Shown in pieces: positions 28,895 to 38,219 of a DNA stretch of 64,000 bases. Below the pieces are notes generated by a model that was not told the origin of the DNA, did not search any database, and saw only the letters and a program-made list of their open reading frames with translations. Positions within the stretch are counted from its first letter, which is position 1, and the number at the start of each line of letters is the position of its first letter. This stretch comes from Candidatus Nezhaarchaeales archaeon (lineage in GTDB: Archaea > Thermoproteota > Methanomethylicia > Nezhaarchaeales > WYZ-LMO8): positions 64,001 through 128,000 of the forward strand of contig JAWAKK010000001.1 of NCBI GenBank assembly GCA_038887515.1, read 5' to 3'. The position numbers were made by a program, and so were the translations under genes.

Positions 28895-29908
28895 ATGAAG
28901 CTTGTGAAGTTACGATTTAAAAGTGGCGACGTAAAGAGTTATAATCTTGACCTTACACTTAAACCATCGTTCGTTTCATCGCTCTACGATAAGGAAGATT
29001 TGTTTTATTGGGTTAAACGAGTAGGTCTATATGCTAACTTATTATCTCTTAGGCAGAGAAATGATTCGTTGGAGGCCTACATAAAATACGAAGTTGACGA
29101 CAGAATTCGTGAAGTAATCCTTCACGAGTCAGGGCTATGGGACGAAAGCCCAGCGTCGAGAATCTCTAAGCTAAATGCTCCGTTGAAGGAGCATATCAAA
29201 GCTCTTACAGAAGTCTTTCCTGGAGTTAGGCTCTCAATAGCCCCTCACGATTTTGATTGTATACTTGTAGCTTCTATCCTTTCACGAAGGACGAACTACG
29301 AAGTCTTCGTACGTAAATGGGTCAAAAATATTTGGGACTTGTGGCGTTGCGACCTAAAATTGATAGCCAACCTCTCGCCTAGCGACATTAAGAATGTTGG
29401 CACAAGCTATCAATTATTGAACCTAATTAAGACACTAAGGGATTACGTGAATATGAGCTATAGGAGAGATAAGATAGAGGATGTTAGAAGAGCGTTGATG
29501 CTATGTTGGGGGGTAGGACCTAAAATCGCTGATGCAGTTCTCCTTTTTACAACGAAATCTTCTTGGATAGTTCCATGCGATACTCATCTGTGGAGGGTTT
29601 CCAGAAGGCTAGGATGGGCAAGTCAAGAAGATAGGCTACCGACTAAAACCCTATGCTTAAGCTACTACTGCGATGAATGTGTAGACAAGTACGGGCCATG
29701 CTTAAGGGAGACCATTAAGAGTCTATTTCCGGATTTCGGGGGATGGATTCAGACACTCGCTTACCTTTTCGGGTCGTCGATATGCCTAAGTCGTAAACCA
29801 AAATGTTACCTATGCCATCCAACATTAAAAGAATGCTGTGAAATGATAGAAACGCGAAACAAGCTATCCCTACTGAAAACTGGAGCCCAAGTCGGTTTAA
29901 AAACATAG
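28895..29908 (+). CDS. HhH-GPD base-excision DNA glycosylase with Cys-rich (Fe-S) C-terminus
   Basis: LM.CWGVGPKIAD, VPCDTH, C-terminal C.SRKPKCYLC......C. Confidence 0.8.
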   Translation: MKLVKLRFKSGDVKSYNLDLTLKPSFVSSLYDKEDLFYWVKRVGLYANLLSLRQRNDSLEAYIKYEVDDRIREVILHESGLWDESPASRISKLNAPLKEHIKALTEVFPGVRLSIAPHDFDCILVASILSRRTNYEVFVRKWVKNIWDLWRCDLKLIANLSPSDIKNVGTSYQLLNLIKTLRDYVNMSYRRDKIEDVRRALMLCWGVGPKIADAVLLFTTKSSWIVPCDTHLWRVSRRLGWASQEDRLPTKTLCLSYYCDECVDKYGPCLRETIKSLFPDFGGWIQTLAYLFGSSICLSRKPKCYLCHPTLKECCEMIETRNKLSLLKTGAQVGLKT

Positions 29909-30156
29909 TAGCATAACTAGAAAATAACCGTTCCGAAGTCTAATCGTCCATGCATCTAAGCTAACCTGAGACGAATAAGTTTAAGGTAAGGCCGGCGCAG
30001 ACTTACTTGGACTAAGCAAAAACACTTCTCTCAGACATCAAGATAGGCATCGGTCTTAAATATCAAAGTAGAGTTTAAGAGGTTGTACGGCAACTTAAAT
30101 CTAGCAAGCTGTTTAATAATTTCCCGAAATTTACTGGCTTTAAGGCCGCATAATGC

Positions 30157-31632
30157 TTGGGGTGGAGGAAATTGTCGTCGAAGGGGATTCCACTTAGGCA
30201 AATAGACGAGTACACTTGGGAGGTCCCTAAGGATTACAAGCCTGGCATGAGAGTCCCAGCTAGAATATACGCTGACAAGGTATTACTGAATAAAATGCTT
30301 GAAGATCTAACAATAGCACAAGCAGTCAACGTGGCTCACCTACCAGGAATATATAAGTGGTCCATAACTTTACCGGATGGACATCAAGGTTATGGTTTCC
30401 CTATAGGAGGGGTGGCAGCTCTCGACGCAGAAGAGGGCGTTATAAGTCCAGGTGGAATAGGCTACGATATAAACTGCGGCGTTAGGGTATTGACCACAAA
30501 CCTGATGTATAAGGACGTAAAACCTGTTCTAGAGGACCTTATAACGACAATCTTTAACTTAGTACCTTCGGGCCTAGGCTCAACGACGAAGGCCGTCAAA
30601 TTGACGAGAGGCGAGCTCGACGAAGTTCTGGCAGAGGGAGTAAGGTGGGCTCTAAGACACGGCTATGGCTGGGAAGTGGACGCTGAGTTCTGTGAAGAAG
30701 AAGGATGTATGAAGTCGGCAGACCCCTCGAAAGTTTCCTCTAGAGCTAAAGATAGAGGGTTTGACCAATTAGGGACTTTAGGAAGTGGTAACCACTTCCT
30801 TGAGGTACAAGTGGTGGACAAAATCTTTGATGAGGAAGTTGCAAAGACCTTTGGAATCTACGAAGAGGGCCAAGTAACTGTAATGATACATACTGGAAGC
30901 AGGGGTCTGGGACATCAAGTGTGTAGTGACTACCTTCGAGTTATGGAGATGGCGGTCAAGAAGTACAGAATATCAATACCGGACCGTGAACTTGTATGTG
31001 CTCCAGCAACTTCTAAGGAAGCCGAAGAATACTTTGCAGCCATGTCAGCGGCGGCAAACTTTGCTTGGTGCAATAGGCAGATGATAACTCATTGGGTTAG
31101 GGAAGCGTTTAAGAAAACATTCAAGCGAGGTGCTGAGGAGTTAGGGTTAAACTTAGTGTATGATGTAGCCCACAACATCTGCAAAATCGAAGAACACCTA
31201 GTCGACGGCACTAAAAAGAAGGTCTTCGTACACAGAAAGGGAGCTACTCGAGCCTTTCCTCCTAACCATCCAGAAATACCATCTAAATACAGGTCGGTCG
31301 GACAACCGGTATTAATCCCGGGCTCTATGGGCACTAGCTCGTGGATACTTGTCGGCAACCCTAAGGCTATGCAAATAACCTTTGGTTCAACGGCTCACGG
31401 AGCTGGCAGAATGATGTCAAGAGAAGAAGCCTTGAGGACTGTTAAGGGGTCTGAAGTCAAGTCCGAGCTGGAGCATAAAGGTATTGCGGTTAGAGCTGCC
31501 AGTATAAGGGTACTAGCCGAGGAATGGGATAGAGCATACAAGGATGTCGACAGAGTCGCCGAAGTAAGTCATAGGGTAGGTATAGTAACGAAAGTGGCTA
31601 GACTTAGACCGATTGCTGTCGCAAAAGGTTAA
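30157..31632 (+). CDS. rtcB: RNA-splicing ligase RtcB
   Basis: PDGHQGYGFPIGG, GYDINCG, GTLGSGNHF, HTGSRG, DVAHN, HRKGAT, PGSMG, HGAGR. True start may be the TTG at 30172 after GGAGG. Confidence 0.97.
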   Translation: MGWRKLSSKGIPLRQIDEYTWEVPKDYKPGMRVPARIYADKVLLNKMLEDLTIAQAVNVAHLPGIYKWSITLPDGHQGYGFPIGGVAALDAEEGVISPGGIGYDINCGVRVLTTNLMYKDVKPVLEDLITTIFNLVPSGLGSTTKAVKLTRGELDEVLAEGVRWALRHGYGWEVDAEFCEEEGCMKSADPSKVSSRAKDRGFDQLGTLGSGNHFLEVQVVDKIFDEEVAKTFGIYEEGQVTVMIHTGSRGLGHQVCSDYLRVMEMAVKKYRISIPDRELVCAPATSKEAEEYFAAMSAAANFAWCNRQMITHWVREAFKKTFKRGAEELGLNLVYDVAHNICKIEEHLVDGTKKKVFVHRKGATRAFPPNHPEIPSKYRSVGQPVLIPGSMGTSSWILVGNPKAMQITFGSTAHGAGRMMSREEALRTVKGSEVKSELEHKGIAVRAASIRVLAEEWDRAYKDVDRVAEVSHRVGIVTKVARLRPIAVAKG

Positions 31633-31640
31633 CCCATCAG

Positions 31641-32501
31641 CTACCTCTTTGCAAGGTCGACAGCATATTCAACAATCTTTCTAGCTATATCAACGCCAGT
31701 GGCTGGGGCAGCATTCCTAAACTCAGTTACACTATTTAGTTCATGAACTAATAGACCTCTCTCGCTCTCCAGACAGTCAACGCCTACTACGTGTGCCCCC
31801 ACAGCTTTAGCAGCTTTTACGCTGAGCTCTCTAAGCTCATCACTAATCTCCAGTTTAACGGCTCTACCTCCAAGAGCTGTATTTGACCTCCATTCGCCAG
31901 GAGCAGCATAACGGTATATGGCTGCTATTGCTTCATCGCCTACGACGAAGCACCTAATATCCCTATTAGGCTTCTTAATATATTCTTGAACGTAAAATAC
32001 CTGGTATAAGGGATACAAGAGCTCTCGGTGTTCAATTACTACTTTTGCCGTCTCTACGTCCTTAACTAGTGATACAAGTCTTCCCCAGCTACCAACTACA
32101 GGTTTTAGGATTGCTGGATAGCCTAATACGTCTAGTGCTTTTAGGGCACCGTCGCGGGTGAAGGCAACAAAGGTTTTTGGTGTCGGAATACCGGCTTTCG
32201 TTAACGCTAACGATGTTAAAAGCTTATCGCCACATATAAACGTTGTAGAGAACGGATTTATGACAGGTACCCCAGTATTTTCGATAATTGCAGTCAGGTA
32301 TAGGCTCCTGTAATGTCCAACGCACCTCTGAATAACTACATCTCCTTTAAGAACTTCGGGGTTTACATCGCCCTTCGTTATGTCTATGAAGGAGTCCTTT
32401 ATGTCTACTAGGCTAACTTCTACTCCTAAATCTTCTCCAGCTCTTTGTAGAGCCTTCTCTTCAGCTCTGATCCTATCGTACGTTATCACTATCTTTACCA
32501 A
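31641..32501 (-). CDS. lysX: LysW--alpha-aminoadipate ligase (ATP-grasp, RimK family)
   Basis: KPVVGSWGR, QEYI.KP.RDIRCF, WRSNTALGG, EFRNA; adjacent to lysW. Confidence 0.9.
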   Translation of the reverse strand: MVKIVITYDRIRAEEKALQRAGEDLGVEVSLVDIKDSFIDITKGDVNPEVLKGDVVIQRCVGHYRSLYLTAIIENTGVPVINPFSTTFICGDKLLTSLALTKAGIPTPKTFVAFTRDGALKALDVLGYPAILKPVVGSWGRLVSLVKDVETAKVVIEHRELLYPLYQVFYVQEYIKKPNRDIRCFVVGDEAIAAIYRYAAPGEWRSNTALGGRAVKLEISDELRELSVKAAKAVGAHVVGVDCLESERGLLVHELNSVTEFRNAAPATGVDIARKIVEYAVDLAKR

Positions 32502-32505
32502 GCTT

Positions 32506-32676
32506 TTACTCTCCCCAATCTTCCTTCACTGTCTCCGCTTGCTTTAACTTAAGCTGCCCATTTTCGAAGTAGACCTCGTATTCTTGTCCGCAATCAGGGC
32601 AACTCACTATCTCTCCACTTATTGCATCGTCTGGAACGTTAATTTCACCTTCACAATCTGGACATTTAAGCTTCAT
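32506..32676 (-). CDS. lysW: Amino-group carrier protein LysW (56 aa; absent from ORF track)
   Basis: Manual translation MKLKCPDCEGEINVPDDAISGEIVSCPDCGQEYEVYFENGQLKLKQAETVKEDWGE*: two CxxC motifs and the diagnostic EDWGE terminus. Confidence 0.96.
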   Translation of the reverse strand: MKLKCPDCEGEINVPDDAISGEIVSCPDCGQEYEVYFENGQLKLKQAETVKEDWGE

Positions 32677-32745
32677 TTAGACCTTAACCCCCATTATAAG
32701 CGAAGCATAACTTTAAGCTTTAGGCTTATTAAAATTTCTCCCAGA

Positions 32746-33174
32746 TTACCATTCCTTCAGGACCATCATGGTATTCGTTGACTTAACCCCTCTTATCTTT
32801 CTTAAATAATCAATACATTTGTTTAAATCGCTTATGTTAGATGACGATAGTACCACTACGAGGTCGTATATTCCTGTTACTTCATACACTTTTTCTACCC
32901 CCTCAATTTCTTTGACGTTGCTTGAAACCTCAGAAGTATCAGTCGAAGTATCAGCCGTTATGAGGGTTATCGCCTTGACTGCTGCTGGTCGATAGACCTC
33001 GATGGTGAAGCGCTTTATGATACCCATTTTAATCAATTTATCAACCCTCTTCCTTACACCAGCCTCCGATAAGCCCACTTTCTTTGCTATCTCCGTATAG
33101 GGAGTCCTAGAATCCTTAATTAGAATGTCCAATATCGCGCTATCTACGTCATCTAGATAAGACAATATTCGCAC
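32746..33174 (-). CDS. lysM: Lrp/AsnC-family regulator LysM
   Basis: DSRTPYTEIAKKVGLSEAGVRKRV HTH, EVTG.YD RAM domain; directly upstream of lysW as in Sulfolobales. Confidence 0.85.
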   Translation of the reverse strand: MRILSYLDDVDSAILDILIKDSRTPYTEIAKKVGLSEAGVRKRVDKLIKMGIIKRFTIEVYRPAAVKAITLITADTSTDTSEVSSNVKEIEGVEKVYEVTGIYDLVVVLSSSNISDLNKCIDYLRKIRGVKSTNTMMVLKEW

Positions 33175-33180
33175 CCTCTA

Positions 33181-33195
33181 GTGCGATTATCGTAA
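33181..33195. promoter_or_regulatory. Semi-palindrome GTGCGATTATCGTAA, candidate LysM/Lrp site
   Basis: Imperfect inverted repeat with an A/T centre, just upstream of the lysM start. Confidence 0.35.
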
Positions 33196-33228
33196 TTAAG
33201 AGCCCCTAAAAATCCGCAGACGCTTACG

Positions 33229-34338
33229 TTAAAAAGTTTTACTTTTAATGTGCTCTATCCATAGCAGAGTTCTCGACAGGACGTTTATTGACTTCAGGTA
33301 TTCCTCAATACTTACTCTTTCCCAAGGTGTATGATCTAGACTTGAATCCCCAGGGCCGTAGGCAGCCATCTCTGTTCGATTCCATTTGGACGCCGCTACA
33401 TTAATATCACTTGTCCCAGTCTTGTACACAAAGCCCGGCTTAGTTCCAAGTTCTTCAGAAACTGCTCTACTAAATGCTCTTGCAACAGTAGTAGTCCTAC
33501 TTGAAACATAGGCTTCGACACACTCCCCCCAATCGACTTTCACTTTAATGCTCCTGGTGTTCGCAAAATTACTCGTAGCTTCCATCACAATTTTAATTAC
33601 GTCCTTACATTTGATCGTCGGCGGTATTCTAACATTGAACCTAAAGTTGCACTTCGATGGGACGAGCGTAGATGTTCCGCCACCACTTACTGATGTCAGG
33701 CAGTACGTTAATGAATAGAACTTGCTATCTTCCTTATGGTAAACATTAAAAGCTCTTTTCAGTTCCTCCCATAGAAGCCACGCTTCTTCAATAGAGTTTT
33801 TAAATAGCCACGGGCTAGCAGAATGCCCTCCATCGGTCTCAACAGAGACGTTGAAAGTTATGCTTCCTTTATACCCCAACACTAAGCACGAGACTCCACT
33901 AGGCTCTCCAAATATTGCTATGTCCGGCTCTTCGATCGTATCCATTAAGTGGTACATACCTTTACTCGATCCTTCTTCTTCAACCACGCCTGCTACTATT
34001 ACGTTGAGGTTATTGGCTCCAAGGCTAACATACTTCTTGGCAGCCAATACGAGCGTGGCCAAGGGGCCCTTCGCATCTACAGCACCTCTCCCCCATATTT
34101 CTCCATCTTCAACCTTAATTGGTATGAAGCCAGGGACTGTGTCCATGTGCCCACACAGCAGTATTCTAGGACCCCTACCTTCTACCTCCCCAATAACGTT
34201 CCCCGCAGCGTCTATGTATGCTTTAAAGCCTAAATCCTTCATCTTCGAGTAGAGCAATCTAGCTAGCTCAGCTTCTTGGCCGGTTGGACTGTAAACCCTT
34301 AAAATATCTAGTAAAAAATCCACTTCAAAGCTTGACAT
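33229..34338 (-). CDS. lysK: [LysW]-lysine/ornithine hydrolase (M20 peptidase)
   Basis: CGHMDTV, GRGAVDAKGP, EEE, GEPS, GHSA, KTGTSD, YGPGDS.LDHT..E. Confidence 0.92.
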   Translation of the reverse strand: MSSFEVDFLLDILRVYSPTGQEAELARLLYSKMKDLGFKAYIDAAGNVIGEVEGRGPRILLCGHMDTVPGFIPIKVEDGEIWGRGAVDAKGPLATLVLAAKKYVSLGANNLNVIVAGVVEEEGSSKGMYHLMDTIEEPDIAIFGEPSGVSCLVLGYKGSITFNVSVETDGGHSASPWLFKNSIEEAWLLWEELKRAFNVYHKEDSKFYSLTYCLTSVSGGGTSTLVPSKCNFRFNVRIPPTIKCKDVIKIVMEATSNFANTRSIKVKVDWGECVEAYVSSRTTTVARAFSRAVSEELGTKPGFVYKTGTSDINVAASKWNRTEMAAYGPGDSSLDHTPWERVSIEEYLKSINVLSRTLLWIEHIKSKTF

Positions 34339-35506
34339 TGCTTAACACTCTTTCAAGGGAGTGAACCACTATGTTGACTTCATCCTTTGTTAAACAAAGT
34401 GGAGGCAAGAACCTAATGGTTGTTCTCCCTGAGTAAGGAGCCAAGACTCCTTCATTTATTAGAGAGAGCAGAGACTCTTTGACGTCAATTCTAAGTTCTA
34501 CGGCTTGCATGAACCCCATCCCCCTAACGTCTCTTATGATTTTGAACTTCTCCTTAAGTTCTTTAAGCGTATCAAACATGTACCTACCAGTTAAATTACA
34601 ATTTTCAAGTAATCCGTCCTCAAGTATGGCGTCAAGAGTCGCCGTAGCTGCTGCACACGCTAGTGGGCTACCTCCGAAAGTAGTTGTATGTTCGCCCACT
34701 CTCATCTTAGATGCCACCTCCTCTCTTGCAGCTGTAGCGCCCATCGGGATTCCACTAGCTATACCCTTTGCCATACACATGATGTCCGGCTCTACTCCCC
34801 AATGTTCGCAGGCCCAAAGCTTGCCTGTTCTACCAAAGCCTGTTTGAACTTCGTCAACTATTAATAAGATATTTCTTCTAAGGCATTCTTCTCTTACTTG
34901 AGGTAAGAAATCACTTGGAGGGAGTATCACTCCGCTCTCGCCTTGGATTGGTTCAACGATTACTGCCGCAACATCATCGGTCATAGACTCTTTCAACTTT
35001 TCAATATTGCCGTAGGGAACAAACTTAACAAAACGAGGGAGAGGCTCAAATGGCTCTCTATACTTTTGGTCCCACGTGAGGGTCAAGGCTCCGAGGGTTT
35101 TTCCATGATAGCCTCTCATCATGGATATTATGGTTCTCTTGCCTGTAGCCTTCCAAGCCATCTTTATAGCCGCTTCAACAGCCTCAGCTCCACTATTGCA
35201 TAAGTAGACCCTTGTCAATCCTTTAGGCAAGACTCTAACTAACTTTTCAAGATATTTAGCCCTGACATCATTGTAATATGAACCATGACATGCTATAAGT
35301 ATCTCACATTGTTCCTTTATAGCCTTAACGACCCTTGGATTGCAGTGACCTACGAGCGCAGCGCCATAACCAGCTACACAATCTATATATTCTCTACCGT
35401 TTTCATCCCATACCCTAGCGCCAAGACCTCTGACGATTGTGACTGGGAACTTTTGATACGTGGGGACTAAGTAGGAGTCTTCTAGATGTTTATAATTAAT
35501 TGTCAA
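34325..35506 (-). CDS. lysJ: [LysW]-aminoadipate semialdehyde/glutamate semialdehyde transaminase
   Basis: NSGAEA, YHGKT, EPIQGESG, DEVQTGFGRTG, AKG, TTFGG.PL. Confidence 0.93.
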   Translation of the reverse strand: MTINYKHLEDSYLVPTYQKFPVTIVRGLGARVWDENGREYIDCVAGYGAALVGHCNPRVVKAIKEQCEILIACHGSYYNDVRAKYLEKLVRVLPKGLTRVYLCNSGAEAVEAAIKMAWKATGKRTIISMMRGYHGKTLGALTLTWDQKYREPFEPLPRFVKFVPYGNIEKLKESMTDDVAAVIVEPIQGESGVILPPSDFLPQVREECLRRNILLIVDEVQTGFGRTGKLWACEHWGVEPDIMCMAKGIASGIPMGATAAREEVASKMRVGEHTTTFGGSPLACAAATATLDAILEDGLLENCNLTGRYMFDTLKELKEKFKIIRDVRGMGFMQAVELRIDVKESLLSLINEGVLAPYSGRTTIRFLPPLCLTKDEVNIVVHSLERVLSNVKL

Positions 35507-36317
35507 TGGTAACCACCGTGCCCCTACCCATTAGCGCATTCGTAATGGGCTTTTCTTTAAGCCCCGAAGCAATGATGACTTCTTTAACACCTCCTTCCAA
35601 AGCCTCAATGGCGGCGTAAAGTTTCGTTATCATACCTGCACCTACAAGCTTCAGCGCCGACTTGGCCTTACTTAAGTCCATTTTTTCCACCAGCTTATCG
35701 TTCAATAAGACTCCTTCGACATCTGTTAATAGTATCAAAGCTTCAGCTTTCAGCGCTTTAGCTATGTTGGCTGCAGCCCTATCGCCGTCAACGTTTAGGA
35801 CCTCATATTCGTCTCCGATCGCTACGGGGGCGATTACAGGTGTCAGACCTTTATCCAATAGAACGCTTAAGATTTCAGCGTCAACGCTTACGATTCTCCC
35901 AGTATATCCTCCCTCTATTGCTCTTTTCCTCCCCCTCTCATCTATTATGATAAGCTTCTTCTTGCGTTCAGCTCTAAGCATTCCAACATCTACACCTGAT
36001 ATTCCCACAGCCCTAACGCCTGCCTTAAGAAGAGAAACTACGACCTCTTTGTTTATCTTGCCTGCCATTACCATCATGTAAATTTCAGCGGTCTCTTTAT
36101 CGGTATACCTGCTTCTGAAACCTTCGGGCGACATAATGAAAACCTGTGGCTTTCCGAGCTTTTCGGCTATTGCTGTTACTACATCTCCTCCACCATGAAC
36201 TACCACTACTTTCTCTTTAGTTGAAACTTCAGCTATGTCCTTGGCAAGTCTGTCGAGAACTTCTTTATTAGCTACCAGGTCCCCTCCAAACTTTACTATT
36301 ACGACCAAAGGGACCAC
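35496..36317 (-). CDS. lysZ: [LysW]-aminoadipate/glutamate kinase
   Basis: VKFGG, VHGGG, SPEGFRSRYT, GGYTGRI, NVDGDRAA, GAGM..K. Confidence 0.93.
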   Translation of the reverse strand: MVPLVVIVKFGGDLVANKEVLDRLAKDIAEVSTKEKVVVVHGGGDVVTAIAEKLGKPQVFIMSPEGFRSRYTDKETAEIYMMVMAGKINKEVVVSLLKAGVRAVGISGVDVGMLRAERKKKLIIIDERGRKRAIEGGYTGRIVSVDAEILSVLLDKGLTPVIAPVAIGDEYEVLNVDGDRAAANIAKALKAEALILLTDVEGVLLNDKLVEKMDLSKAKSALKLVGAGMITKLYAAIEALEGGVKEVIIASGLKEKPITNALMGRGTVVTIDN

Positions 36318-37376
36318 CTATATTGGATGGAAACCGCAGAAGTCTAAACCGGTTCTCTCGTCTACTCCTATTAGAATGTTGAAGCATTGAACGGCTTGTC
36401 CAGCTGCTCCCTTCATTAAGTTATCTATTGCTCCTAACGCAACTATACGATTAATGTGCGGATCTATTTCAAAGCCTACGTCACAGAAGTTGGTTCCTAT
36501 GACGACTTTGGGATCTGGGAGTCTGTAGATCCCCTTCTTATCCTTCACTATCCTAATGAATGGCTCCTTGGCGTACATCTCTCTATACATCTTCCATAGA
36601 TCTACAAGCTTCAATTCCCTATTGATATATACGTGACAGGTGGCTAAGATGCCTCGAACTATGTTAACTGCATGGGCTGACATTGCTGCCCTTACAGGTC
36701 TCCTAGCCAACAATGAAAGCTCTTGCTCTATTTCGCCGGTATGCCTATGGCCGACAGGGGCGTAAGGTCTGACAACTCCAAATCTTTCAGCATGCATTGT
36801 AGCTTGCGAAGGACTCGTCCCAGCACCTGAAGACCCTATTTTGACGTCAACTACTATGTGTTCAACGTCTACAGCGTCACTTTTAACCAGAGGGGCCAAT
36901 GCAAGTATTGACGCCGTCGACATACAACCTGGGCACGCTACTATTCTTGTCCTCCTTATTTCCTCTCGATGTAGCTCCGGTAAGCCGTAAACTGCCTCCT
37001 TTAGCAATTCTGGTACTGGGTGCCTCCAATTATACCACTTCTCGTAGAGCTGGGGATCTCTAAACCTAAAGTCGGCACTTAGATCTATTACTTTAATGCC
37101 AGTTTCTACGAGTTGAGCGGTTAACTTGGCTGACTGTTTGTGTGGAACCGCCAAGAATACTACATCGCAGTTCTCTGTTAACCTCTTAAAGTCTGGCGGC
37201 GTAAAAACTAGATCAGTTATCTTTCTCAAATTAGCGTGAACCCTGAAGACGTACTCGCCAGCGTACTTTGTCGACGTTGCAACCGTTACTTCAACGTTCG
37301 GGTGATGAAGAAGTAAGCGGAGTAGCTCTCCGCCTACAAAGCCTGAAGCCCCGACAATACCAACCCTTTTCTTCAT
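36318..37376 (-). CDS. lysY: [LysW]-phosphate reductase / N-acetyl-gamma-glutamyl-phosphate reductase
   Basis: GASGFVGGE, DLSADFR, YGLPE, PGC, GSSGAG, HRH..E, DNLMKGAAGQA. Confidence 0.94.
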   Translation of the reverse strand: MKKRVGIVGASGFVGGELLRLLLHHPNVEVTVATSTKYAGEYVFRVHANLRKITDLVFTPPDFKRLTENCDVVFLAVPHKQSAKLTAQLVETGIKVIDLSADFRFRDPQLYEKWYNWRHPVPELLKEAVYGLPELHREEIRRTRIVACPGCMSTASILALAPLVKSDAVDVEHIVVDVKIGSSGAGTSPSQATMHAERFGVVRPYAPVGHRHTGEIEQELSLLARRPVRAAMSAHAVNIVRGILATCHVYINRELKLVDLWKMYREMYAKEPFIRIVKDKKGIYRLPDPKVVIGTNFCDVGFEIDPHINRIVALGAIDNLMKGAAGQAVQCFNILIGVDERTGLDFCGFHPI

Positions 37377-38218
37377 TTCTTTGCCTCCCTAATCAAGTAA
37401 TCTGCAATTTTACCAGCTATATCTACACCTGTCGCTGAATATGCACCTTTAAATTCAACTGTTGTATTTATTTCGTTAATAAGCAACCCTCTCTTACTCT
37501 CTAAACAATCAACTCCAACTACTTCCCCGTTGATCGCCTTTGCTGCCTTCAAAACTAACTCGCACTGTTCTTCATTTAGGAGACATGCTTCAGCTCTCCC
37601 TCCGAGAGCTATGTTCGTCCTCCACTCTCCTATGGGAGCATAACGATATATCGATGTAATAACTTCGTCACCTATCACTAGCGACCTTATGTCTCTTGAG
37701 GGCTTATCCACATATTCTTGAATATAAAATATATTATGAAGTACCGGTTCTAAGTATTCTCTATGTTCAAATATTGCCTTAGCATGCTCGTAATCTCTTA
37801 GCAAGGCTAACAATCTACCCCAGCTGCCTACCACTGGTTTAACAACCGCTGGCAGACCAATTTCGTTTAGGGCCTGCAATGCTCCTTCTGTGGTAAATGC
37901 AACGACAAATTTAGGTATAGGTATCTTGGCCTTAGCCAATTCAAGCGACGTAAGAAGTTTATCTCCTCCGATCAGCAACGTTCGAAACGAATTGACAACC
38001 CTTACGCCTTCCGCCTCCAAGATGGCTGCCCAATAAAGCCCTCTAAAGTGGCTTAGACACCTGTTTAAAACTATGTCACCAAGATCTCTGACCTTTCCAT
38101 AAACTGCTACCTTGACCTTTGCGTCTACCATTTCAACGTCTATACCTCTACCTCTTAGAGCATCTAGTATTGCCTTCTCCTCCCATCTTAACCTATCATA
38201 GAGCAAGGATATCTTCAA
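37373..38218 (-). CDS. argX: Second LysW ligase (ArgX-like, LysW--glutamate ligase candidate)
   Basis: ATP-grasp paralog of lysX (KPVVGSWGR, WRTNIALGG, EFKG); directly follows argH. Confidence 0.7.
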   Translation of the reverse strand: MKISLLYDRLRWEEKAILDALRGRGIDVEMVDAKVKVAVYGKVRDLGDIVLNRCLSHFRGLYWAAILEAEGVRVVNSFRTLLIGGDKLLTSLELAKAKIPIPKFVVAFTTEGALQALNEIGLPAVVKPVVGSWGRLLALLRDYEHAKAIFEHREYLEPVLHNIFYIQEYVDKPSRDIRSLVIGDEVITSIYRYAPIGEWRTNIALGGRAEACLLNEEQCELVLKAAKAINGEVVGVDCLESKRGLLINEINTTVEFKGAYSATGVDIAGKIADYLIREAKK

Positions 38219-38219
38219 C

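Noticed and set aside
27839-31632. Radical SAM, glycosylase and RtcB as a dedicated repair or defence island
   Set aside because: Mixed orientations, all common archaeal housekeeping families, and no mobility signs.
32584-32781. 65-aa plus-strand ORF in the track
   Set aside because: Antisense shadow of the real lysW and the lysM 3' end.
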